DNA of 6,811 nucleotides from a virus, in the IMG/VR virus record IMGVR_UViG_2505313065_000002. The stretch is one strand, 5' to 3'. Made by a program: the position numbers and the translations under genes. Positions 1 to 6,809 of the stretch are shown one piece after another. How positions within the stretch are numbered: position 1 is the first letter of the stretch; each line of letters begins with the position of its first letter. A model generated the notes under the pieces. The model made no database searches. It had not been told where the DNA came from and was given only the letters and a program-made list of their open reading frames with translations.

Positions 1-22
1 AAGCCAATAATTGCAGGCATTT
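1..22. repeat. Terminal overlap, copy 1 (circularisation or assembly overlap)
   Basis: AAGCCAATAATTGCAGGCATTT is identical to 6790-6811. Positions 18-20 (CAT) correspond to the ATG of the 6498-6809 minus-strand ORF. Confidence 0.95.
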
Positions 23-23
23 A

Positions 24-1325
<1,302 letters not shown>

Positions 1326-1339
1326 GGTTATCTCCAGAC

Positions 1340-1374
1340 AAAAAAAAGCCCGGAGGGAAAAACTCCCACCGGGC
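1340..1374 (-). terminator. Rho-independent terminator between the major coat gene and the pIII-like gene
   Basis: The minus strand reads GCCCGGTGGG-AGTTTTT-CCCTCCGGGC: a 10-bp stem with one T.T mismatch and a 7-nt loop, followed by TTTTTTTT. It starts 12 nt after the coat stop codon. Confidence 0.8.
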
Positions 1375-1386
1375 AAACAGAGTTGA

Positions 1387-1620
1387 TTAGGTCCCTGCGC
1401 GCATTGCTTTCTTGCCAGCACCGATCAGAGCAGTCAGACCGAACATGGCGGCGATAACAGCGGCGGCAGCAACAACACCACCGGCGACATAGCCAAGAGC
1501 TTCAGCAGTGTCGATGTTGGCACCAGCAGCGAAAGACGGCGAGGCAGTTGCCATAGCGATCGAAGCGGCTACAAGTTGAGCACGACCAGATTTGCAGAGG
1601 AGGAACAGTTTGTTTTTCAT
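1387..1620 (-). CDS. Major coat protein precursor (pVIII-like), 77 aa
   Basis: - Predicted 31-aa signal peptide ending SPSFA/AG.
- The predicted 46-aa mature part has an acidic N-terminus (D, E), an Ala/Gly/Val-rich hydrophobic core (YVAGGVVAAAAVIAAMFGLTALIGAG) and a basic C-terminus (KKAMRAGT).
- GGTGA lies just upstream of the ATG.
- It is followed by a strong terminator, as in Ff phages. Confidence 0.85.
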   Translation of the reverse strand: MKNKLFLLCKSGRAQLVAASIAMATASPSFAAGANIDTAEALGYVAGGVVAAAAVIAAMFGLTALIGAGKKAMRAGT

Positions 1621-1630
1621 ATATCACCAA

Positions 1631-1840
1631 TTAAAATGCATTGCGGACGGTTTTGCAGACCCAGACGAAAACAAACAGGCCGAGAAGCGCGCCAGTTATC
1701 TCCATCCGTTGTTCTGCGGTAATTGCAGGACTGAGAGAGTCCCGCATTTCTTGGACTGTGAAAGTTTGAAGTTGACCAGTACAAACGGGAATGCCGTCGG
1801 ACTGAACTTGCCACATTCCATCACAGCCCAGAAAATTCAT
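1631..1840 (-). CDS. Small membrane protein (69 aa), possible minor virion or assembly protein
   Basis: The ATG at 1840 lies 1 nt after the stop of the upstream gene (TGAcATG). It has a C-terminal hydrophobic helix (ITGALLGLFVFVWVC) followed by basic residues. The 179-aa track ORF in the same frame extends upstream, completely overlapping the previous gene, and that extension reads as non-protein-like sequence. Confidence 0.55.
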   Translation of the reverse strand: MNFLGCDGMWQVQSDGIPVCTGQLQTFTVQEMRDSLSPAITAEQRMEITGALLGLFVFVWVCKTVRNAF

Positions 1841-1841
1841 G

Positions 1842-2177
1842 TCAGACAGCCTTCTGAGAGTTGACAGAAGATACAGATCGTTCCTCAACCAAACGAAGTG
1901 GCGGGCCTTGAAGACTATAACGAATACGGGGATTGTCCTTAAAGTAAGTATCAATCTCGTCATCATAAGGAACATAAACCTCAGTTCCTTTAAGAGCTCG
2001 ATAGGCATTCTGGAGGCCTTTTTTACGGTCTTCACCGCGTACTTGAAACTCCATAACAGTTGTAACTTCAAAACCATTACGGTTCTTTGTGGTAACACCG
2101 AGGCCGATAATGGAAAAGGCTTTCTCCCCTTCCCCACGCTCCAGAACGTCTTGGATAAAACCTTTTGCAATTTTCAT
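1842..2177 (-). CDS. Putative ssDNA-binding protein (gene V / RstB position), 111 aa
   Basis: The ATG at 2177 (MKIAKGFIQDV...) lies 5 nt after the stop of the upstream ORF. Size and position, between Rep and the coat genes, fit an inovirus ssDNA-binding protein. The function is inferred from position only. Confidence 0.5.
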   Translation of the reverse strand: MKIAKGFIQDVLERGEGEKAFSIIGLGVTTKNRNGFEVTTVMEFQVRGEDRKKGLQNAYRALKGTEVYVPYDDEIDTYFKDNPRIRYSLQGPPLRLVEERSVSSVNSQKAV

Positions 2178-2185
2178 AAAATGAC

Positions 2186-2443
2186 TTATCGGATAACAAT
2201 ATTGGAAGGGCTTTTGCCAGGCTGTCGAAATGCCCATGCGGGCGGCGTCAAATCTGGGTTGCGACGAAAAGTGAGAAACTGACGCTTAGCTAGTTGCGTG
2301 CGAACTTGTTCAGCAGATGAAGCTTGTACAAACAGTCGCATAAGCGAACTAACGAAAGCACAGTCATCAATGTTGCCAGAGTTATAATTGTCAAGCTCGG
2401 CCTCCAGTGAGTAACGAAGTTGCTGGTGTGAGGACTTATTCAT
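2186..2443 (-). CDS. Hypothetical protein, 85 aa (MNKSSHQQLRYSLEAELDNY...)
   Basis: This is the first ATG in the frame. The 143-aa track version starts at a GTG (2617) with no SD and overlaps the upstream ORF by 80 nt. The stop is 5 nt before the next gene. No SD is obvious for the ATG either, so the start is uncertain. Confidence 0.45.
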   Translation of the reverse strand: MNKSSHQQLRYSLEAELDNYNSGNIDDCAFVSSLMRLFVQASSAEQVRTQLAKRQFLTFRRNPDLTPPAWAFRQPGKSPSNIVIR

Positions 2444-2537
2444 TATTTGCGCACCATAATGTAAATGCCGACCACGAACAGAACAAGAATCGAAATAAGT
2501 ACGTAAATTGGCAAATGAAATGAAAATGAGAGGCGCA

Positions 2538-2768
2538 TTAATATCCCATCCAATCAGCGACGGAAAGAGTACCTTTCTTGTTCTCAATAAGTTTATTGAG
2601 AGGCTCGTGACGAACACCGTCAGCTTTTTGCTTTTCCATGCTGATTAGCGTTTCGTTAACTTGTTGGCGCAGTGGCGAAGAAGTCAAAGAGCGCACATGG
2701 GCCTCTAAGTGCAAACGGCGACGCTGGGAAGCACTGAGGGTTTTACCCTGGTAACTTACAGTCTTCAT
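2538..2768 (-). CDS. Hypothetical small basic protein, 76 aa, translationally coupled to Rep
   Basis: The ATG overlaps the Rep stop (ATGA at 2768-2765), and GGTGG lies a few nt upstream. The protein is rich in R/K/Q. No family was recognised. Confidence 0.55.
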   Translation of the reverse strand: MKTVSYQGKTLSASQRRRLHLEAHVRSLTSSPLRQQVNETLISMEKQKADGVRHEPLNKLIENKKGTLSVADWMGY

Positions 2769-3889
2769 GCTGCCACCAACTGGAGGTGGCGAGGCACAAC
2801 AGCATGACGATAGAACGAAGGAATATCACTCTCAAACCGACGCTCAACTTCGCGAACGTTGCGAATGAAAACAATACCGTGGCGACTGGTATCGTAAGGA
2901 AGCTTTATATCTATGCCAATAGATCGAAGACGCGCTCTATGGGTCTTAACAGCAGACTTTTCGAAGTCAAATTGCTGACCAACCTGCCAAAGAGATACGT
3001 AACCTGCCGTGGTCATAGCTGCTTTGCGGGTATCGACAATATTCTTTGCTAAAAGCTCATCAGCAACAGTGAGAACGTCAAAGTTGTTGATTTCACATTT
3101 TTCACCGATCATAAGAAAACCCCTGTGGATTTCCGACAGTTTACTTTCATCAAATAGGCCCCAAAGCTGGAGACCTTCTCTCTTTAAAAATTCTGAACGA
3201 CATTTAATCTCTGAACGAACCATACCAACTGAACGACACCAGTCACGGAGCTGTACAACATAAGAATACTCTTCGGAGTCTTCACCGAAAGTACGCTTTA
3301 CACGAGGAAGCAAGTGAGCTTCTAACTCGGCTGCCTTGGAGTAGTTACCGGGATAAACAAGACGACCTGCTTTCTCTCCACCTTTAGGAGTCCAAACGCA
3401 GGTGTTGCCATCAGGATAGAGATAAGCAATGGAATTACGGTAGCGCTGACTTGAAATGCCGCGCATATAAGCACGTTCATTACCATTGCCAACATAGAAG
3501 TTGGATGTTAAGTCAAGCCTCTGGAAAACAGCACCATCAGCAGATATAGAGCCATCCTGAAGACGGTTAATAGCTTTGCATTTCGTCATTGGCGGAAGGC
3601 CATATTCAGCAAGAACGGCATTAATGACTCTCATACAACCTTCCAGAGTGGAAATGCCAAAAACGTTGTCGAGCCTGTTAATGCGTGAGGGATTGCCATC
3701 AACGGTGATTCGGCGGCCGCAAACGTGAATGCGGAATGTGGTCGAATAACTGCCCTCAGCGAAGAAGGCAGGAACGCTTGTGGAAAGCAGCTCATCGGTG
3801 TCTACGTCGAAACGACGGGTGATGACATCACCAACCTTAGGAAGGTCGTAGTCATAATCCTGAAAAGCCTTCACCCAATCGTAAAACAT
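2765..3889 (-). CDS. Rolling-circle replication initiation protein (gene II / RstA-like), 374 aa from the ATG at 3889
   Basis: Motifs reminiscent of RstA/Rep_trans-type initiators are present: FQRLDLTSNF, GRLVYPGNYSKAAELE (candidate catalytic Tyr region) and VRSEIKCRSEFL. It is the largest ORF divergent from the repressor.

The track ORF starts at 3913 (382 aa) without an SD. The ATG at 3889 has AGGA 8 nt upstream and fits the predicted promoter at 3926-3953. Confidence 0.8.
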   Translation of the reverse strand: MFYDWVKAFQDYDYDLPKVGDVITRRFDVDTDELLSTSVPAFFAEGSYSTTFRIHVCGRRITVDGNPSRINRLDNVFGISTLEGCMRVINAVLAEYGLPPMTKCKAINRLQDGSISADGAVFQRLDLTSNFYVGNGNERAYMRGISSQRYRNSIAYLYPDGNTCVWTPKGGEKAGRLVYPGNYSKAAELEAHLLPRVKRTFGEDSEEYSYVVQLRDWCRSVGMVRSEIKCRSEFLKREGLQLWGLFDESKLSEIHRGFLMIGEKCEINNFDVLTVADELLAKNIVDTRKAAMTTAGYVSLWQVGQQFDFEKSAVKTHRARLRSIGIDIKLPYDTSRHGIVFIRNVREVERRFESDIPSFYRHAVVPRHLQLVAA

Positions 3890-3913
3890 GACAAATCCTG
3901 TCAAGACCCACAT

Positions 3914-4017
3914 CTGAGACGCAAAGGTATAGGATATGATACGAACTCGTCAACCCTAATCTGGTCCCTAATAGGCCCAAATCCGATCTATGGTTTTTTA
4001 TACAGGAAATAGCATCT
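3914..4017. promoter_or_regulatory. Divergent control region between Rep and the XRE repressor, with possible operator repeats
   Basis: This is a 104-nt non-coding region between divergent genes. The direct repeat CCCTAAT at 3954-3960 and 3966-3972 (12-bp period) abuts the candidate -35 of the Rep promoter. The arrangement is analogous to rstR/rstA. Confidence 0.45.
3926..3953 (-). promoter_or_regulatory. Candidate sigma70-type promoter for the Rep operon
   Basis: The minus strand reads TTGACG (3953-3948), a 16-nt spacer, then TATACC (3931-3926). This would give a ~30-nt leader containing the AGGA SD for the ATG at 3889. Confidence 0.4.
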
Positions 4018-4380
4018 GTGGACGAAGAATCACCTCAGAGCGGCGAAATGATGAACATCGGTGAAAATCTCAGCAAAGCCCGTGAAGACAAGGGTTTGAC
4101 TCAGGCGCAAGTGGCTGTAAGTGCAGGGATTCCGCTGTCGACATACAAGAAATATGAAAGCGGGTCACAGCCTCCACCAGGGGACCGGATTGGGTCCCTG
4201 GCTAGAGCGCTGGGAATATCAGCAGATGAACTGGTGATGGAGGAGTCGGAAAGGCACGTTTCAGAAGAGCTTAGGGCGCTATTTCACAGGTTCGACATGC
4301 TGCCAGACGATATGAAATCTATGGCAAGGATAGTCTTGAGAGGAGTTCTTCAAAGCTTCGAGCAAGAGACGTTGAAGTAG
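4018..4380 (+). CDS. XRE-family helix-turn-helix transcriptional repressor (phage immunity repressor candidate)
   Basis: It carries the classic HTH_XRE signature IGENLSKAREDKGLTQAQVAVSAGIPLSTYKKYESG and is divergent from Rep. The track start is a GTG at 4018, with AGGAA ~9 nt upstream. Alternative ATG starts at 4048 and 4051 (MMNIGENL...) are equally plausible. Confidence 0.8.
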   Translation: MDEESPQSGEMMNIGENLSKAREDKGLTQAQVAVSAGIPLSTYKKYESGSQPPPGDRIGSLARALGISADELVMEESERHVSEELRALFHRFDMLPDDMKSMARIVLRGVLQSFEQETLK

Positions 4381-4405
4381 AAAAAGTATGCGTTTCCATA
4401 CCAAA

Positions 4406-4429
4406 GTGGGGGTGTTACAGCACCCCCAC
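4406..4429 (+). other. Perfect 9-bp GC-rich hairpin between the repressor and the 59-aa ORF
   Basis: The sequence is GTGGGGGTG-TTACAG-CACCCCCAC. No U-tract follows on the plus strand, and only TTT follows on the minus strand. Confidence 0.6.
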
Positions 4430-4458
4430 CGGGATGACTGAAAATCGCAGGAGCGAGC

Positions 4459-4638
4459 ATGATCGAATGGATGCTGATAATCGCCTTGGGCACAGGGTAC
4501 GAGCTACACGGCGCTTACAAGTCGCAGGAGGACTGCCAGAAGGCAGGAATCGAACTGATGACTGCACGGTATAGCGTGGGAAAGCCAGGCACTGCCGGGT
4601 GCTACAAGAAATTCTCAGTGATGACCAGCAAACCCTAG
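4459..4638 (+). CDS. Small ORF, 59 aa, not in the supplied track: MIEWMLIIALGTGYELHGAYKSQEDCQKAGIELMTARYSVGKPGTAGCYKKFSVMTSKP
   Basis: Translated by hand. AGGAG at 4449-4453 lies 5 nt upstream of the ATG at 4459, and the TAG stop is at 4636-4638. It is co-oriented with and downstream of the repressor. It has a hydrophobic N-terminus and two Cys residues. Confidence 0.5.
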   Translation: MIEWMLIIALGTGYELHGAYKSQEDCQKAGIELMTARYSVGKPGTAGCYKKFSVMTSKP

Positions 4639-4829
4639 AAGCTCTCCGCCTTCGCTACGAACAGGGGCTCGTCCCTGAAGCCCCGAGGTGCTGCAAGGAA
4701 ATTGCCTCCGGGACCCGACAACCGACTGTGCTTTGAGATTTGGGTCCGTTGCGGTAAAGCTGGGTGATCATGGCGCGAAGTGATCTTGCGGAGGGCGTGA
4801 GAGCGTCACACGCGATCAGGAGAGGTGGT

Positions 4830-4943
4830 GCCACGCATAATTGACGTTATGGGTAAATCGAACACCGGGGCTTCGCAATGATCCCGGTGCACGATTCTGG
4901 CCGTTGGCCGCGAGTACCATAACGTCGACACATTATGCGTACC
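4830..4943. other. Pair of inverted dif-like sequences (candidate XerC/XerD-dependent attP)
   Basis: - Plus strand 4830-4857: GCCACGCATAA-TTGACG-TTATGGGTAAA. This has the dif layout of an 11-nt XerC-type arm (CGCATAA), a 6-nt spacer and a TTATG-type arm.
- Reverse complement of 4915-4943: GGTACGCATAA-TGTGTC-GACGTTATGGT.
- The arms ACGCATAAT/ACGTTATGG (4833-4852) can pair with CCATAACGT/ATTATGCGT (4917-4940), giving 9 + 9 bp around a 2/6-nt internal loop.
- An inner 7-bp hairpin is formed by CACCGGG (4863-4869) and CCCGGTG (4883-4889). Confidence 0.55.
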
Positions 4944-4987
4944 TCTGGATTACATGCCGGCCTCGGTGTACAGTCCTTTTAATCACT

Positions 4988-5028
4988 AAAAAGCATAACT
5001 CAACTAAATTACCGTTTAGTCGAGTTAT
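4988..5028 (-). terminator. Rho-independent terminator ending the minus-strand operon
   Basis: On the plus strand the 14-bp stem is ATAACTCAACTAAA (4995-5008) and TTTAGTCGAGTTAT (5015-5028), with one mismatch and a 6-nt loop. It overlaps the stop codon of the 61-aa ORF. On the minus strand it is followed by GC then TTTTT. Confidence 0.7.
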
Positions 5029-5210
5029 ATGGATTGCCCAGAAAACTCAGACAAACCTTCATTACGATCCTCAACCTCAGACCACATGGTAGACGCGCCT
5101 GACTGACAAGCCATGCCAACGACCTGAAGTAAATCATCGGGCAAAGACTTAGGCTCAGAATCTAGACGAGCAAGCAAAGACAAGAGCTGCTGAATTTCTG
5201 TAGACGTCAT
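5025..5210 (-). CDS. Small acidic hypothetical protein, 61 aa (MTSTEIQQLLSLLARLDSEPKSLPDDLLQVVGMACQSGASTMWSEVEDRNEGLSEFSGQSI)
   Basis: The ATG at 5210 has AGGA 8 nt upstream and lies 16 nt after the Zot-like stop. By hand count it has 10 acidic and 3 basic residues. The 140-aa track ORF is the same frame extended backwards through the Zot-like gene and is unlikely to be real. Confidence 0.55.
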   Translation of the reverse strand: MTSTEIQQLLSLLARLDSEPKSLPDDLLQVVGMACQSGASTMWSEVEDRNEGLSEFSGQSI

Positions 5211-5226
5211 GGTAATGATCCTAATG

Positions 5227-6492
5227 TCATTTGATGGTTCGTTGTGTGCGACTGGTATCAGGAATGATGTTGAACCGTGAAGGCTTTGTAGATTGAGCGC
5301 TCTGGTCCACAGCTGCGAGCCCTCGCTGCTGACCGTCGCGCATATCATTAAGGCGATTTGAGGAAAGACCGGCCGGTGTGGCATACGCTGGCTGCTGTTT
5401 GGTGTCATCAAAATAACCATTCTGAACAACTGACATGCAGAAATCAAAAGAAGTCGTCATGCGTGTAGCCTGCTGTGAATAGCACTGGCAGACAGTGTCC
5501 TCACCATTAAACGAACCAGTGCTCAAACCTCTAGACTTCGCAGTAAGCAACATACGAACATCGGTTGATGCCATACAGGTTGGACGTGGAAAGTCCCTAG
5601 CCTTGTTGGTTTCGTCATATCTGGGTGCAGATGACTCAACGTCAGCAATTCTTGGCTTGTACTGCTCAACATATTCCTGAACTGGCTGAACTGACCTGCC
5701 TGGAGTGTTGACGGGAGCAGACTGTAAAGTCGAGTGTTTGGGATCAGATGGTTTTACTTCAGAATGAGAAACAACAGGAGCTTCACTTTCAGGGGCTTTA
5801 CTCTTCATGAGATACCAAAAGCCTCCACCAAGCAAAGCGATAGGTATTAGAACAGCGGCAATAAGCAAAGGGATAACCTTGTAATAACTAGGCGTAACCT
5901 TCTTATGAGTATGAACAGTTGATGATTTATAAAGGCCAAAGTAATGACTATCAAACTCGATTTTCGACTCCTGAGCCATCTTGAAATTAGTGCGATTCTC
6001 AGGCCTATCAATACACATCTCGTATTCATGACGGAATATGCCTTTAGTCCTGCCATATGGGCGGATAAAGTTAATATGCCTTCCTACAAGCTTCCTGACA
6101 GGCGAGCAGATAAGTGATGGATGCTGGGTAATTATATGAACATCCCATCCATGATGACGATGTTTCTCAAAACGAGTAATCTTTTCAACACGACCACGAA
6201 CGTCTGTACCGAAAGTGCCTTGAGCCTCATCTATTACGATAACGCAGCCATCTGGCAGGTTGTACCATAGATCAGGAGTTTCCCATTCAACCCAGTTAGA
6301 CTTAAGCTTATCTACCTTAAGTTCGGGGATACCATGATAATAAATGACGCGCGGAGGTAAATTTGGATCATCAGGATCCTTGTGAAGACGAAGCAAGGGA
6401 TTATCTGGATCGGCAGCATGCTCCAAATCAATCTCTTTAATTGTATTGAGAGTCTTGCCAGCTCCAGGCAAACCAGTGCGAAGAATTAACAT
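5227..6492 (-). CDS. Zot-family / pI-like phage assembly NTPase, 421 aa
   Basis: - N-terminal Walker A: MLILRTGLPGAGKT.
- Walker B-like VIVIDEAQ.
- Central transmembrane helix VIPLLIAAVLIPIALLGGGFWYLM, followed by a periplasmic tail.
- AGGAG 8 nt upstream of the ATG.
- Positioned after the pVI-like gene, as in CTXphi (ace-zot). Confidence 0.88.
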   Translation of the reverse strand: MLILRTGLPGAGKTLNTIKEIDLEHAADPDNPLLRLHKDPDDPNLPPRVIYYHGIPELKVDKLKSNWVEWETPDLWYNLPDGCVIVIDEAQGTFGTDVRGRVEKITRFEKHRHHGWDVHIITQHPSLICSPVRKLVGRHINFIRPYGRTKGIFRHEYEMCIDRPENRTNFKMAQESKIEFDSHYFGLYKSSTVHTHKKVTPSYYKVIPLLIAAVLIPIALLGGGFWYLMKSKAPESEAPVVSHSEVKPSDPKHSTLQSAPVNTPGRSVQPVQEYVEQYKPRIADVESSAPRYDETNKARDFPRPTCMASTDVRMLLTAKSRGLSTGSFNGEDTVCQCYSQQATRMTTSFDFCMSVVQNGYFDDTKQQPAYATPAGLSSNRLNDMRDGQQRGLAAVDQSAQSTKPSRFNIIPDTSRTQRTIK

Positions 6493-6497
6493 GCGCC

Positions 6498-6809
6498 CTA
6501 CTCCTTAGGTGTCCACTTCATGGTTGTTTTACTGCCAGCTTTATTCATACCAGCGAGCAAAGCACGTGCAATATATGCAGAGAATAAGATATTCAAACAA
6601 ACATCTACCTTTAGCATTCCGAGAACTGATATCCAATCGGTAGGCAAACTTCCAAGCTGAGAGAACGCATAGACTTTGGCTTTATCAAGAGCAGCTTCGA
6701 TGCCGATATAGCTTATTGCAGCAAAACCGAGTCCGCGCAAAAGCTTCCAGCCTAGCGGAACAATAGACAAACCAAGCATACGAATAAACAAGCCAATAAT
6801 TGCAGGCAT
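6498..6809 (-). CDS. pVI/Ace-like small hydrophobic minor coat protein, 103 aa
   Basis: The protein is hydrophobic, with two to three predicted helices (IIGLFIRMLGLSIVPLGW, GLGFAAISYIGI, VCLNILFSAYIARALLAG). It lies between the pIII-like and Zot-like genes. Across the circular junction, its ATG follows the pIII-like stop as TGA-TAA-ATG, with GGAG 8 nt upstream (window 29-32). It may belong to DUF2523; this is from recollection and is unverified. Confidence 0.7.
   Translation of the reverse strand: MPAIIGLFIRMLGLSIVPLGWKLLRGLGFAAISYIGIEAALDKAKVYAFSQLGSLPTDWISVLGMLKVDVCLNILFSAYIARALLAGMNKAGSKTTMKWTPKE

Noticed and set aside
1326-1421. N-terminal 32-codon extension of the pIII-like ORF (track start at 1421)
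   Set aside because: The extension reads straight through the terminator hairpin and T-tract and overlaps the major coat 3' end. The ATG at 1325 has a good GGAG SD.
1841-2170. 179-aa track ORF (1631-2170, minus), upstream of the ATG at 1840
   Set aside because: The upstream 110 codons lie wholly inside the putative ssDNA-binding gene in another frame and give an implausible sequence. The ATG at 1840 directly abuts the preceding stop, as elsewhere in this operon.
2444-2465. GGTGCGCAAATAATG on the minus strand, resembling the XerC arm of dif (GGTGCGCATAATG)
   Set aside because: It has an extra base relative to the dif arm, and no TTATG-type partner arm at 6-nt spacing. It immediately precedes and overlaps a start codon, so it is probably chance similarity.
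2444-2617. GTG-initiated 143-aa version of the 2186 ORF
   Set aside because: It has a GTG start with no SD, overlaps the 76-aa ORF by 80 nt, and the extra N-terminal residues look non-protein-like. It is kept as an alternative in the findings because the ATG at 2443 also lacks a clear SD.
3899-3904. Perfect TTGACA hexamer on the minus strand just upstream of the ATG at 3889
   Set aside because: No acceptable -10 lies 16-18 nt downstream (it would fall inside the coding sequence as CGATTG). The hexamer overlaps the SD region, so it is not called a promoter.
4640-4830. Several short stem-loops: GGGGCT/AGCCCC near 4665-4690, GGACCC/GGGTCC near 4712-4750, and GCGTGAGA/TCACACGC at 4795-4813
   Set aside because: The stems are short or imperfect with large loops and are expected by chance in G+C-rich DNA. 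They may belong to a packaging signal or origin, but I cannot support individual calls without folding energies or conservation.
4770-4844. 24-codon mini-ORF (MARSDLAEGVRASHAIRRGGATHN) with GGGTGA upstream
   Set aside because: It is too short to support from sequence alone, and it terminates inside the dif-like arm. It is most likely chance in G+C-rich DNA.
4841-5092. Track ORF 4841-5092 (+, 83 aa)
   Set aside because: It has a non-ATG (TTG) start inside the dif-like site and no SD. It spans the att hairpins and the operon terminator and overlaps the 3' end of the convergent 61-aa ORF. Its composition is not protein-like.
5211-5447. 140-aa track ORF (5025-5447, minus), upstream of the ATG at 5210
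   Set aside because: The upstream 79 codons overlap the 3' end of the Zot-like gene out of frame. The internal ATG at 5210 has an SD and sits just after the Zot-like stop.
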